Below, piece by piece: positions 1-13,062 of a stretch of DNA of 44,227 bases (the stretch's first letter is position 1; the number at the start of each line of letters is the position of its first letter). A program made the position numbers and the translations under genes. This stretch comes from Basidiobolus meristosporus CBS 931.73 (Eukaryota > Fungi > Basidiobolomycota): positions 1 to 44,227 of the forward strand of contig MCFE01000698.1 of NCBI GenBank assembly GCA_002104905.1. The letters are read 5' to 3'. The notes under the pieces are model-generated. The model did no database searches, was not told where the DNA came from, and worked only from the letters and a program-made list of their open reading frames with translations.

Positions 1-2007
1 CATATACACAGTATGCAACTTATCCTGACAGCCCTCCTCATGAAGCAACTCAAACTACATCCCAAGAAGTGCCATTTCCTATATACAATATAGTTGTTCC
101 TGGGCCACAAGATCTTAGCAGATGGGTTATACCCATCTACTTCACTCCTAAAAGCCATTCAAGATACACCTGCACCAATAGATATCAATGCAGTGTTGGG
201 ATTCCTAGGATAAGCTGGCTACTATTGCCACTTTGTCAAAAGCTTTGCAACAATAGCAGCCCCTCAGTACAAATTGACGCAAAAAGACCAGTGTTTGTGT
301 GGTTGGAGCCTCAAAAGAGAGCATTTGATCAGCTGAAACATTCCCTGACATCACCGCCAGTGTTACGTTTTCCAATTGGGATGCAAGATCTCTTATTAAC
401 TGTGATGGAAGTCTCACTGGTATAGACACCATACTAGGACAATACCACCAACCTGGCAAATTCCACCCAATTGGTTACGTGAGCCATTTGCTAAATAAAC
501 ACAAATGTCACTACCCTATTACCAAGATAGAATGTCTGACTGTTGTTTGTTAGCTTAAACAACTCCATTCATACATACATTGTTGCCACCTCACAATAGT
601 GACAGACCACAGAGCACCGGTCTGGCTGATAAAACTAAAGACTTTACCAGTGGACTAGCATGTTGGCCCCTCCAACTACAAGAATACAACTTTAAAATAA
701 TTCATTGTGCTGGCAGGAAACACCAGGATGCAGACTTCCTCAGTTGCTATCTGGTTTGCCATGTATGCACCAGCAATGACTATGAAGATGTTATCTGCTT
801 TAAAAGAAAGGGAAAGTACCCCAAACACATTGTTACAAACAAGCAGAAGAGAGACTTTTGAAGGAAATGGCATCAGTACAAAGTACAAGAAAACCAATTA
901 TGGTTCCTCCAAGGACAGTTCAGAGTCAAGGTACCCCCAGTAACTGCCTGTGAAGAAACCACATAAGAAAGACATATGTGATTAGGACATGCTAACCCAC
1001 TAACAGCACATAAGATGTTGAGAAAGATGTTTTATTGGAAAAAATGACAACCAATGACACAAACACGTTACAAAGATGCTCCAGCTGCAAAAGATTCAAC
1101 CAGAGTCAGAAGATAGGGACAACCACACTAATACTGGTTGATCTACCCTTCCACTAGGTAGTGATTGATGTTGTTGGCCCCTTTATGAAAACAAAGAATG
1201 GAGAACAATACATAATAATTGCTACCAGTTATTTTGCAAAGTGGGTCAAAGCCCAAGATGTTTGAAATAAACATCAGAAGACAAATGCCCAATTCATCCT
1301 ACAACACCTCATCTGCTGGCACAGATATCCACAGATACTCCTATCCAACAATGTTGGTTCCTTCCCAAACAAAACTGTGGCCCATTTGTGCAGAATGATG
1401 GGCATGAAATAGGTCTTCATGGCTGCGTATCACCCCCAGACCAATGGATTAACCAAGAGGATGAACCAGACATGTTGCAGCATACTAGAGAAGCTTCACT
1501 GAGAACTTCCCCAGTCATGGGCCAAGCTGTTTCCACTGACACTCCTAGCAATGTGTACAATACCAAATAAAACAACAGGTTTCTCCCCATACAAAGTTCT
1601 GTATGGACAAAGGCCCAGGTGGTGTGAAGAAGCTGGATTAACAATGGAAGGTGTCCCCTTGACAACACATAATGACTATCTAGAAAGGTTGATACACTCT
1701 ATTGCCACCTATACATAAAAGTATTTGTAAGTGTCAATAAGCACCTTCCCCCTCCACCCAAAAATCAGAAACTAATGGGACAGAAGTGGAAACCAGGTGA
1801 TAAGGGTGGTACAACCAAACTATTGCAGGCCTCAAGTTTTGCCCACAATATACACCCCAATGGATTGGCCCTTGCACTGTTATTAGTTTGGACCATGGAC
1901 CAAAGTACACCATCACCCTGAACAATAAGACAATCAGCAACATATGGCCAGCCCATCTAAACCCATTTCATGATGATCCACCAATCATCACTGAAGCCAA
2001 AGTGTGA
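1..2007 (+). mobile_element. Degenerate Ty3/Gypsy pol (end of RT, RNase H, integrase with GPY/F-like tail); 5' part lies outside the window
   Basis: Broken frames give TSPPVLRFP (RT/RNase H junction), HPIGYVS...ECLTVV...TDHRAL (RNase H), VIDVVGPF...YIIIATSYFAKWV (integrase core) and PQWIGP...HLNPF ending TGA at ~2007. Order RT-RH-IN is Gypsy. Many stops and frameshifts. Confidence 0.85.
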
Positions 2008-2391
2008 TTAAACAATTACCAGGACAAGGATAGAGGAAGACACATGATACATACAAAGCTTATTAGAGGGGATTTTAGTCAATATAGGTACAAATGATAT
2101 GTGCAAGGAAGTTTGCCCAAAAAGGAGAACAAAAGAATGCATATGGAAAGCGCCAAAGGAAACAGTCCACCCAAGACTGGTAATACCCCTCCCACCAGCA
2201 TGAATCAAGATGATATTGAAAACAAGACCAACCTGCAAGTGTTGAGAGATATAGTACAAGCATAACAGGCAATAAGAGCCACCTATGAAGAGTCATTTGC
2301 TGGAGCAGTCATGTTGATACAAGACATGGTCAGAGTGGGACATGACAAGTTACCCACACTGATACAAAGTATGGAGATACTACCCAAGAAG

Positions 2392-2740
2392 TGTTGTAAG
2401 AGTCTTGGAGATATTGGAAGTGATTGGGGGGACAGGTAGACTATGTGGTTTTCACTTAATGATTTATTGAATGTAAAAGTAGTATTTACACTTTTACCTG
2501 GTCTTGGCATTACAAACACATAGAATAGGCTAAGGAAGGTCCCAAGAACATGTGTGCAAAGTTTGGGGCTGCTTAGACAGCTTTGAGAATTTTCATGTTC
2601 TGGGTACCTGGTATTTTGGTGAAAATATTCCAAGTAAATCCCAATAAGGAATTTGGTCTGTATTCTCTAGGAAATGAAGGTAATGATCTTAGTGACTAAG
2701 TCATGTGAATATTTAGGTGGAAAAACAAATTTTTACAACA
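2392..2740 (-). repeat. 3' LTR of Copia element 1
   Basis: TGTTG...CAACA; about 27 differences in 349 bp versus 6578-6926 (hand count, ~92% identity). Confidence 0.92.
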
Positions 2741-2751
2741 TTCCCACTCAG
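2741..2751 (-). other. Polypurine tract of Copia 1
   Basis: CTGAGTGGGAA immediately before the 3' LTR on the minus strand; equivalent CTGAGTGGGAG precedes the LTR at 15743. Confidence 0.75.
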
Positions 2752-5700
2752 CTAAATGTTTGCACTGACTAGTCCTAACTTTGACCTAAGATATTCAAAC
2801 TTCTCTCTGGCTAATGGTTTGGTAAATATGTCTACAATCATTTCATCTGTAGGACAGTAATTTAAGCTAACTAAGTTATTCTCTATAGCTTCACGTATGA
2901 AATGATATCTAATATTTATGTGCTTGGTTCTGGAATGAAAAGTCAAATTTCTACCTAATTGTATACATCCTTGATTATCTTGAAATAAAGTAATAGGCAT
3001 TTTTTGACATAGGCCTAAATCCGTAAAAAGCTTTCTTAACCACAGTGCTTTTTTTGTAGCTTCACAGGCTGCCATGTACTCTGCCTCTGTGGTAGAAAGT
3101 GCTACAGTTGGTTGCAGATACCAGCAGTTCCTTTTAGGTATCTAAAAATCCGCTTAACTGCTGTAATATGATCAGATCCATAGTTCTGATTATGTTGGCT
3201 GACAACTCCCACTGAACATGAGATATCTGGATGTGTTCCAAGCATGATATACATCAGACTGCCAACCATAGATTGACAAGGAAAGTCAGGGCTTTAAGAT
3301 GGCACCAAGCTCTCTTGATTTGGTTGAGTTTTGACCTGGTTAAGGTTTGTCTCCATTGGGGTAGCTGCCGGTTTACAGTCTTCAATTTTGTACTTCTTTA
3401 GTATATCTTGAATATACTTGGATTGGCTTAGGGTGATAGTCCGGGTACTTCTGTCTATGGAGAACTTAATCCCTAAGTAGTAACTGAGTTCTCCTAGATT
3501 GGACATCTTGAACTCCTTAGATAGGCTGGATTTTGTCTCTTCCAATGTTTCTAGGTTATTGGTGGCTATAATAAGATCATCCACATATAGAGCTAATAGA
3601 ACTGGATTTGCTCTATCTGGCTTATAGTATATGCTATAGTCAGCATTACTCCTTTTGAAACTCAAAGGTTCCAAAATAGAATCTATCTTGCAATTCCAGG
3701 CTCTTGGTGATTGTTTAAGAACATATAGTGACTTTTTAAGCTTGCAGACCAAATGGGGGTTATCTTGGTCAAGAAACCTATCAGGCTGGTCCATATACAC
3801 ATCCTCATCAAGTTCTTCATTCAAAAATGCAGTTTTTACATCCATTTGACAAATAAAAAACTTATATTTGGCTGCAATAGCCAATATTAATCTGATGGAA
3901 TTAAATTTGGCTACCAGTACAAAGGTCTCAGTATAGTCAAGTCCTTTTGTTTGAGAGTATCCTTTGGCTACAAGTCTTGCTTTGTATCTTTCAATTGTAC
4001 CATCAGCCTTGTATTTTGCCTTGAAGACCCATCTGCATCCAATTCATTCTTGGTTGAATGGTAATTTGACTAAGTCCCAAGTTTGATTTTCCATCAGGGC
4101 CTGATATTCCTCAGTCATTGCAGATCTCCAAAACTTCATCTGAGGGGTATTTAGGGCCTCTTTTACAGTCTAGGGTTCATCAATATGGACTGAATAGGCA
4201 TAGGCTAAGTTTGTACCTTCATTAATATAGTAATTTGGGCTATTTCTTTTCTGATTCGATCTCCAGGCATTTGATACTGGAATGATCACTTCTGGGATAT
4301 TCTTGGGCACTGATTCTGGCTGAACCACAGCTGTAGAGTCCTCTGGAGTGAAAAAATCTGCATTGTTTTGCTCTGATTCAAACATGACAATTGGTGGACT
4401 TAAGATCAAATTTTTGTCATCATCTGATGTCATTTTTTGTGAAAATTTTGAATATTCATCAAACACTAAATCCCTCGACTTGATCAGCTTCTTTGCTTTG
4501 GTATTGTAGAGTCTGTATGCCTTACTCTCATTGCAGTAGCCCAAAAATATGCATTTTACACTTTTTGGCTCATATTTTGACTGATTTCCGGCCAGTTTTT
4601 TGGCATATGCTGTATACCCAAATATTCTTAGATGTTCTCCACTTGGTCTGCATTTATACCATGCTTCAAATGGAGTAGAATCACAAAGTATTCTCGTATA
4701 ACTCCTATTTTTAAGATATACAGCAGTGGCAACTGATTCCGCCAAAAATCATAGGATAATTTTGATTGTGGATCATAGATCTTGCCATATCAATTATTGA
4801 TCTGTTAGCACATTCTGCTACTCCATTTTGCTGTGGGGAGTATGGTACAGTAGTCTCTTGCTTTATCCCATGAATTTTGCAGAAGTGGATGAAGAGTTTT
4901 GAGGTATATTCTCCACCATTGTCAGAGCATATTTTCTTGATTTTTTTACCAGTTTCTCTCTCCACCATGGCTTTAAACTCCCTGAGCTTAGACAGAGCTT
5001 CCTCCTTTCTCTCCATGAAGTAGACCCATGTGTATCTTGTATAATCATCAATAAAGTGATCAAATACTTCATCCCACCTAAGGATAAATTTGCATAGTTC
5101 CACAAAGATCTGAGTAAATTAGATCTGATTTTTTCTTAGTTTTGATTAACCCAGAGCTCTTGAACGGCTGTCTGGCTTGTTTCCCATATATGCAGGCTTC
5201 ATAGTGCTCCAAATTAGCTGGGGGATCAATTTTCACTCCAGAAATTAGCTGATCTTTGATCATTTTGCGCAAATAATCAAAATTGATGTGCCCAAATCTC
5301 CTGTGCCAAAGCATTGGTGTTTCTTCATTTAGGTTACTTATATTGGCTTCCAGATTTGATGGAATATAAGTAAACTTGTATAGATTCTGATCTCTGATGC
5401 CCAAAGCAATATGGGCACCATTTTGATCAGTGATCCTGCATCCAGAATTGTCAAAACTGAAGCTGAGTCCTTCTGCTGTGGCCTTGCTTACAGAGAGTAG
5501 GTTCTTAGCTATTTCTGGTACATAGAGTACTTCTTTAAAGGTCAGTGTATGGCCTCCTTCACTGCTTCTAAGGTTTATTTGAATAGTTCCTTCTCTCACT
5601 GCTTCAAGTGTTCTATCTTCACCCATGAAAACCTTTGTGATTGGAACTTCTTGATATTGGGTAGAAAGTTCTTTTTGGTGTGTGAAGTGCTGAGGAGCTC

Positions 5701-6573
5701 CCGAGTCAATATACCATGTCTGAGAACCCTTGTTTATGGTCATATTAAGTGCAGATATGAATAGTCTATTTTCAGTTGTTGCTGCATTTCCATATTCAGT
5801 CTTCTTTTGCAGATAATCTCTCTTTTTGAGACACCAGTCTGATGTGTGTCCTTTCCTTTTGCAGCAGTTGCAAAACTGGTTGCTGTTGCCTTTGAAGGGT
5901 TTTGGGTACCTCCTTTGCTGGCTATCATTGCTTATTAAAGCATCTTCTTCTTCCTTCTTATTGGCGCTTGATTTTCTTAATTCTTCATCCAGGAGCCTTC
6001 TATATACGTTATTTAAGGTCAAATCTTCAGTTCTGTACTCTAGGGGTGATACAAGGCCCTGAAACCCATCTGTCAGGCTATTCAGGATGGTAACTATTAC
6101 ATCCTCATCAGTAGTTGGTATGCCCACAGATTCCATCTCATCTACCAGCAGGGTAATTCTGTTAATTAGATTTTTCATTTTTTCTCCAGGCTGCATCTTT
6201 GTAGTGAAGAATTTTTGTCTCAGATACATTTTCTTGGCAGCTGAACATGACTGGTAGGTGTCTTCTAATGCTGTCCAGGCATTCTTTGCTGTTTTTGCTC
6301 CTGAGCATTGAATTAGCAATTTGTCCTTAACATTAAGGCAAATGCAGTTAAAGGCACTTTGTTCTTTCTTCTGGTACTTTAACCCTTCCTCTCCCATGTT
6401 ATTAGCAGGGCATTCTTCACTCATGACAATATCCCAAAGGCCTCTTTCTTGTAGCAGCATCTTCATCTTCACCTTCCACACTTGGTAGTTATATCCATCC
6501 ACTTTTCAGCAGAGGGGAAAATTCCAGTAATAGCAGTAGTAGACACTGCAGAGAGTGACAACTTGGGGCTCAT
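2752..6573 (-). pseudogene. Copia gag-pol, fragmented by stops and frameshifts
   Basis: ORF pieces 5078-6502 (gag-PR), 4711-5103 and 4170-4745 (IN), 3294-3884 (RT), 2752-3075 (RNase H). Confidence 0.92.
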
Positions 6574-6577
6574 AACC
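6566..6577 (-). other. Primer-binding site complementary to the anticodon arm of initiator tRNA-Met
   Basis: GGTTATGAGCCC directly after the 5' LTR, complementary to GGGCTCATAACC of tRNAi-Met. This is the half-tRNA priming type known for Drosophila copia and Ty5. Confidence 0.8.
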
Positions 6578-6926
6578 TGTTGTAAGAGTCTTGGAGAAAT
6601 TGGAAGCAATTGCAAGGACAGGTAGATTATGTGGTTTTCACTTAATGATTTATTGAATGTAAAAGTAGTATTTATACTTTTACCTGGTCTTGGCATTACA
6701 AACACACAAAATAGGTTAAGGAAGGTCCCAAGAACATGTGTGCAAAGTTTGGGGCTGTTTGGACAACTTTGAGAATTTGCATATTCTGGGTACCTGGTAT
6801 TTTGGTGAAAATATTTCAAGTAAATCCCAACAAGGAATTTGGTCAGTATTCTCTTGGATATGATGGTAATGCTCTAAGTGACTAAGTTAGGTGAATATTT
6901 AGGTGGAAATACAAATTTTTACAACA
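6578..6926 (-). repeat. 5' LTR of Copia element 1
   Basis: 349 bp, TGTTG...CAACA, followed by the PBS on the minus strand. Confidence 0.92.
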
Positions 6927-8277
6927 AGAAGACCATGTACCACCTGAGTGGAGGTTCTGTGATCTTTAAGGAGAAGGATGCTGCACTGATTCCTGTTTCC
7001 ATACTGGACACAGTCAGACAGAAGATGCAAGGAATCAACTACTGCACCCTCACCAGGCCTTGAGAGCCCCCCCTGTGTTGTTGCATACTTGCCATTAGTA
7101 GGTACCACAGTTGCTGAGGTATATGCAGACCTGGTACAAGCTACAAGAGCACCAGTAGTAGAACTCCCAATTGACGGACTCCTCCAAGAAGCTTGCAAAT
7201 TTCTTGAACAGCATTTCCAAGAAGGAACCATCCTAGAGAAGGTACTCAAATGGATTAAATACACCTGCTAGTTGACCCATGCAATCCACCAAGTTGCTGT
7301 GTTACCACTATCACAGTGGTTTACCTTATGACAACTCAGGAACCAGTACAAAGACCTACTCCAAGAAGCCAAAAAAACTGCCACAGACTCTGCAGTAACC
7401 ATGAGGCAAGTGCAAAAGTGCCTCAATTGTGCCACAGTCTCTACAGAAGAACTACAATACATCTCAGAAGAAGCAAAAACTTGTTATCAACAACAGGTGA
7501 CTGCCAACTGAGTGTATGCCCTCTTCAAAAGGGCCCCCACCATCATATTAAGCACAACAAGGACAAGCCCCAACAATGTTTGCAAGATAAAGAAGCAAGA
7601 CTTTATTGCGTTATTGCATCTCTTCTTGTTCTCCAACCCTCCCAAGGAACTTACCAAGAACCCTATGGTTTGCCACTTGTTTGGCTCTGTGGAAAACATC
7701 CCTTGAGCAATGCAAGCCACACCCTACTCTGCTGCCAAATGGTATCAAGTACTTGCCCATGATCCCCTTGCAAGTGATAACCAGAAATGGTACTCTGGAG
7801 ACTCCCCATGCTCTGTAAACAAAATCAACTCTGGAGAAGCAAGTTAGTCAAAGAACATCAAGGACAAAGCCACTCTTAACCCCCATGATATGTGAGTACT
7901 AATTGTAGTACCCACTCTTTGCCTAAGAGTTCTCCCCAGAGCCCTACCCAAAGTCTCCCAGTATCCTCCCTATGATTCCCCCACATGTCCTCCCTCCTAT
8001 TCCTACCCTTATCTAGTTAGAACACTTACCATAACTGGAAGGTCTTCACACCCCTATTTTATAACACATTGTGTATTATCTAAGCCTCTCCAAGCAATAT
8101 ATATATGTCCCATTGAACCAAGTGGGAGAACAAGAAGATATGGAGAGAATAAACACAAGTCTTTATTACCTTGCTACCTTGTATCAGAAGCTATTCTGAA
8201 GTAAGTGGTACTGACTTGACCTACAAGCTCTCCTACCCACCAAGTGCATTCAGTAATAACCCACATGGTAGATCATC

Positions 8278-8634
8278 ATACTGCCAATATAATACCATCA
8301 GAGTTTTGCAATGAGGCCATCAAAACACCGTCAAATTTCTTACCATATAAGGCAATTGTATGTCCTGGCCAATTGGATCTGCTTAAAATAGTTATAGAGC
8401 ACTAAAAGACCACAACAATATCATGTAAATATTGTCATAGCACCAATAAAATATTGTCAAGTTTTATTCCTTTATTTGTTTGTAAAAATAGCAAAACACT
8501 ATCATAATCTTGTCATAAGATTGTTGGAAGGGTCACTAATTCCAAGCTGCTGGTATTATGATGGTCTCCAAATGGGATCCTGATAGCTGATCTGGATTGG
8601 ATCCACCTGTGGGACCAAATTATTTTTCCTAGGG
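8278..8634. repeat. Unassigned ~360-bp degenerate repeat, copy 1
   Basis: Colinear with 12707-13062 in the same orientation; roughly three-quarters identical by eye. Confidence 0.75.
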
Positions 8635-9341
8635 CATTATCTTGCCAGCCAGTCAATACTTCTATATTGGCATCTGGCCATATTTGTCACTTTGCGCAAA
8701 CTGAGTCAGATGAGTTTGTGATGCCTTTTGGCTCACCTCAGCCTTCTGAATATGGCATACTGAGTGATAGCTCTGACAAAGAAGGTTCACTGATGGATTG
8801 TGAGCCTATCTCCCCTAACAACTGTACCACATATGAGCCCGGTCAAATCCCTGTATGCAATGAGACAACACCCATTGAAACAAATGCCAACAATACTTTA
8901 TGGAGCCAAGTGAGCCCAGTAATCCATCTACTGGTGAATGATGTAATCTTATGGCTAGAGAAGTGTTGCATTTCCACTAATATCAGTAATGGGGGCTTTG
9001 AGGATTTATTGCTACTTCTTGCCAAAATTGTTCTGGGATGCAACTTACTGTGTACATGGTACAAGTAGACAACTGTCATGCAGCTGGCAACATATGATCC
9101 AGAGCCTCTCCTGATTCCAGCATGTGTTAACAGTTGCATGGTATTGTCATCCAAAAATGCTATCATTGCAACATGTCCAAATTGTCAGGAATCCACCACC
9201 ATTGAGGGAAAACATTGCTCACACTCCAAATATATTCTGGTAATACCTTGTCTGAGGAAGTTAATGCAGTCCAACAAATACTGCAAAGTTATACACTACC
9301 ACACTCAGTATGAAGCAAGCACAAACATATTTGATATTTTA

Positions 9342-10072
9342 GACTTGTTCCGTTGGATAGTGCCACATTGAGCCATGAGTGCCAAATGATGCCATAGTGT
9401 GCCAGAGAGGCCAAGTGAGCCTATACTTGGTCACAGAGTGTGAAACATAGATCTTCATCTTCATGCAAAGCAGCCCCTGTGTTTTACCTATGATGCAGGA
9501 GAAAATCCATTTTTTGACATTTTTTGTGGATCAATATTATGCAGAATGTGTAAGAGCACTAAAGGATTGAAGATATACATCTGGTACTCAATACCCATGG
9601 CACTCTGAATCTATCTCCTGTGGCTTGTAACATGTCACAAAAATGCATGGCACTATCTTAGTCCACTGGTACTATCTGGCACTATATTTACATATTAGCC
9701 CTAAAGTAGGATCAATACAAAGCACTTATAGTACCGGATTTTACCAGTGGACTAAGATAGTGCCATGCATTTTTGTGACATGTTACAAGCCACAGGAGAT
9801 AGATTCAGAGTGCCATGGGTATTGAGTACCAGATGTATATCTTCAATCCTTTTGTGCACTTGCACATCCTGTACAACATTTACCTAAAAAAAAAGGTCAA
9901 AAAATGGATTTTCTCCATCATAATGAGTGAAACACAGGGGCTGCTTTGCATGAAGATGCAGAGCTTTGCTGCACACTCTGTGGCCAAGTGTAGGCTCACT
10001 TGGCCTCCCTGGCACACTATGGCATCATTTGGCACTCAGGGCTCTATGTGGCACTATCCAACAGAACAAGTC
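9342..10072. mobile_element. Foldback/MITE element with ~330-bp inverted arms and TA target duplication
   Basis: TA-GACTTGTTC...GAACAAGTC-TA. Arms 9342-9671 and 9742-10072. Removing it with one TA restores the host frame IFDILSNGKHYKQL. Confidence 0.88.
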
Positions 10073-11244
10073 TATCCAATGGCAAACATTACAAACAGCT
10101 AAGAAGCAAGGGCTACTTTGAAGGTATGTACAACCATGCCTTTGCCTTTGTACTTGATGGATTCTCATTAAACAAGTACTCTACCAGCAAATCCTCCTGG
10201 CCACCAATTCTCATTAATCTGAATCTGCCACCTGTCTTGTAGTATCAGAGCAATAATCTGATGGTAGTCTCACTGTTATCTAGGCCTAAATCACCTTCCA
10301 GCCTGGATAGCTACCTGCTTCAATTGCTGGATGAGTTTTGAATGCTTTCCAGCAGGATAACAGTAAATGGCTCTCATGTAAAAGCGCATATTATTATCTG
10401 CATTGGAGATACCTCAGCCATCAGCAAGATAGCAGGTTCTTCCAGGCACAATGAACAGTATTGCTGTTGAATGTGTGAGATCCAGGGGATTTACTCCATA
10501 ACTCACACACATTATTATTACCCACACACCAGCATTAAGAACATCATCTTCCCACAGAGAGAATGTACAGAAGTCAGCTTGCAATTGAAGCAAAATTGGC
10601 AAGCTATAAGTCATTGGCCAGTAAATGGAATCAATTGGAAACCAGAGATACTTATGATAGAGGGTATCTATTGGAGCAAAAGCTTTCCACTGGGAGTAAT
10701 GCATTTGCTTTTCAACAATATCCCTATACTGATGACCAAGTTGTACAGGGGGCATTTCAAGCTAAATGAGCCCTTCAAGATACCAGAGAAACTTGAAAGA
10801 ATTGACAAGATATTACAGAGTATCTGCCACCCTAAGTACCTCTCATGGGCTCCAATCAGTATTCATATGCATATGCAACAATACAAACCCAAAGACTGGA
10901 CAATCTGGATATGTATTTATTCAAGTGTGTTCTGAAGCCATTCCTACCAAGAGTACATTGGAAGCATTGGGAGTCATATGCAGACATTGTAGGAATATGT
11001 ATCTAGAAGCAGATTACCATTCCAACTTGACACATCTACAGCTCTGGTGCAAGGAGTTTGTGATGAGATTTGAGTGGCTATACTACAAGCATAAAGCTGA
11101 ATGCGTAGATCTCTGCTGCTACTGTATCCATTCTCTACTCCATCTTGCATGGTGTGTGGACAATATTGGGCCTTGCTTCACCTTTTGGGAGTTTCCTATA
11201 GAGCAGATGTATGGGGAGATAGGAAGACAAGTCAAGTTGCAGGT

Positions 11245-11942
11245 TGTTGTGCATCAACATTTAAGACTTAGCCAATTTTACTCCGTTTGAAAATCTAGTA
11301 CCCTAACTGATTTTCCCTAACCTAAACTTAACAAATCCCAGTTACAGTTTATTTCATCCCACCTCAGAATCTATTTTTAGCTATCACACCTGATCTATTT
11401 TCAAATGGTCATTACATTATCAACATATCTGCCAAGCCTTCCCAGGTGATTAGTCATCTGAGATCTATCCAACCACGGTGCAGTTGCCAAGACATCAGTT
11501 GATTGATGATGTAATTTTCATTTATCTTATGCACCAATGAACACCCAAATTGATTTCAATCAATCCAGTCCCTTGGTGCTTACTAATTCAACTTGATCAG
11601 AAAAGTATAAATAAAGTTTACTAAACCTTTTGGTTTAGTGTGTGTCTCAATGAAATTAAGATTCTGTCTCAGCAAAAATAAAGAATCCAACAATTCCATT
11701 CTAGTTTCTATCCAAGCCTAGTATTTCTAGCACTCCAAAGAACACCAAGCCTAGCCTGCCTAGCAAACAAATATCATTGTCTTTATAGCCAACCCAGCTA
11801 TATCCAAGACCAATATTAGATCAGAATCTTTCTGCTAATATTTCTGCCACTCTCTGACAATTCTAAGATTCTGCACTTAATTGTCCCTTTGGTTCAGTTA
11901 AACCATTCAAGAGTTATATTACACTTTCTCTTGGATACAACA
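11245..11942 (+). mobile_element. Solo LTR of the chromodomain-Gypsy family found at 39110-41480
   Basis: TGTTG...CAACA, 698 bp, perfect 5-bp TSD CAGGT. Matches 39857-40553 in reverse. Excision restores the transposase frame KLQVLPYSNL. Confidence 0.92.
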
Positions 11943-12706
11943 CAGGTACTACCATATTCCAATCTCATCAAGAATATTACCTTCAACTCTGTCATGGATG
12001 TGTTGAGTTGGTACATGGAGGACAGCCAGCAAGAGTTGGAAAATACTAAGGACAAATGTGAACTTAGAGACACCTATGCCGGTGGCATTAATAAGGTAAG
12101 CAGTCCCAATGCATGGGTAATCAGTTAAGTAATGCAAAGTTGGGTTGGGTACAACAAGCAACTAATATTTATTAGGAAAACTCTACTAAGGTATGCCAGA
12201 TTTCTCATGGTTACAAGCCAGTTTCTACATCATTCAATACAGAACTCACACAAACAAGAGCCAGAGTGCACCTATAAGGGGGACTAGAATCCAGCAGGGA
12301 GAAGGAATATATTGGCTAAATACCAAGAAGCTCTTTGCAGATATTCAGGAGGTACTCATGGCAGAAGTGGCAACAACCAAGCATATGTTTGCAAGATGTG
12401 TGTGTTACCAGCAGTGCATGGTATTTGGCAACTTTGCAAGAATCACACTGAAAAGCCGTAAAGTTGAGGTGATAAAAGTATGTCAATTGTGGCAGGTGTG
12501 CATGTTTGTAGAGGTTGGTATGCAAGAGGGCATAGTTTTTTGGATTCAAACTATATTTGGAATATCCAAAGTAGTAGTGTGTAAGCAGATAAAGAGGGGT
12601 GATTCTACAGCATAATATATGAATTGCACAAAGGGAGGTAGATAAAGGAAATACCATTTGGTAAATTGGTATGGTAGCATTATACAGAACCAGCTGTAGG
12701 CCTCAA

Positions 12707-13062
12707 TACTGCCAATGTAATGCCATTAGAGTCTAGTTGTGAGGCCATTGAAATACCGTCAAGTTTTTTGCCATATAAGACAATTAGATGTCCTGGCTGG
12801 TTGGATCCACTTAAAATAGTTGTAGAGCACAATAAGACTGTGACAATACCATGCAATTATTGTCATAGTACTGACCAGATCTTGTCAAGTTTTATCACTT
12901 TATTTGGTAGTAAAATTAGCAAAACACATTTGTGATCCCATTATAAAATTGTTAAGAGGGTCACTTATTCCAAGCTGCTGGTATTATGAAGGTCTTTTAA
13001 TGGGATCCCAGTGGCTGATCTGGATTGGATCCACCCACAGGACCAAATTACTTTTCATAGGG
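12707..13062. repeat. Unassigned ~360-bp degenerate repeat, copy 2
   Basis: Homologous to 8278-8634; fused directly to the truncated integrase of Copia 2. Confidence 0.75.

Larger units (their letters stand above)
2392..6926 (-). mobile_element. Full-length but mutated Ty1/Copia LTR retrotransposon (4.5 kb)
   Basis: Two 349-bp TGTTG...CAACA LTRs, 5-bp TSD AGAAG (2387-2391, 6927-6931), PBS and PPT present. Gag with degenerate zinc knuckle, PR (YIDSGA), IN (SDNGGEY), RT (LYVDD), RNase H (TKHINIRYHF), in Copia order. Confidence 0.95.
2137..7847 (+). pseudogene. Extra ORF of unknown function downstream of the Gypsy integrase (~390 codons), split by the Copia insertion
   Basis: Removing 2392-6926 plus one AGAAG copy joins ...QSMEILPKK|TMYHLSGGSVIF... 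in frame. The frame runs 2137-2391 and 6932-7847 with only scattered TGA/TAG/TAA point stops and no frameshift that I could see. Confidence 0.6.
8667..12128 (+). mobile_element. Degenerate CACTA/EnSpm-type (Transposase_21/Tnp2-like) transposase, interrupted by a MITE and a solo LTR
   Basis: Motifs ACVNSCM...TCPNC, IFDIL|SNGKHYKQL, VLDGF...SSWPPILINLNLPP, PLGVMHLLFNNI and GP...FWEFPIEQMYG...LPYSNL. These resemble fungal EnSpm-like transposases. No CACTA termini were found. Confidence 0.7.

Noticed and set aside
12316-12657. Cys/His-rich (RING-like) ORF on the minus strand
   Set aside because: It lies in decayed TE sequence, competing frames on both strands look equally plausible, and the spacing is not a convincing RING pattern.
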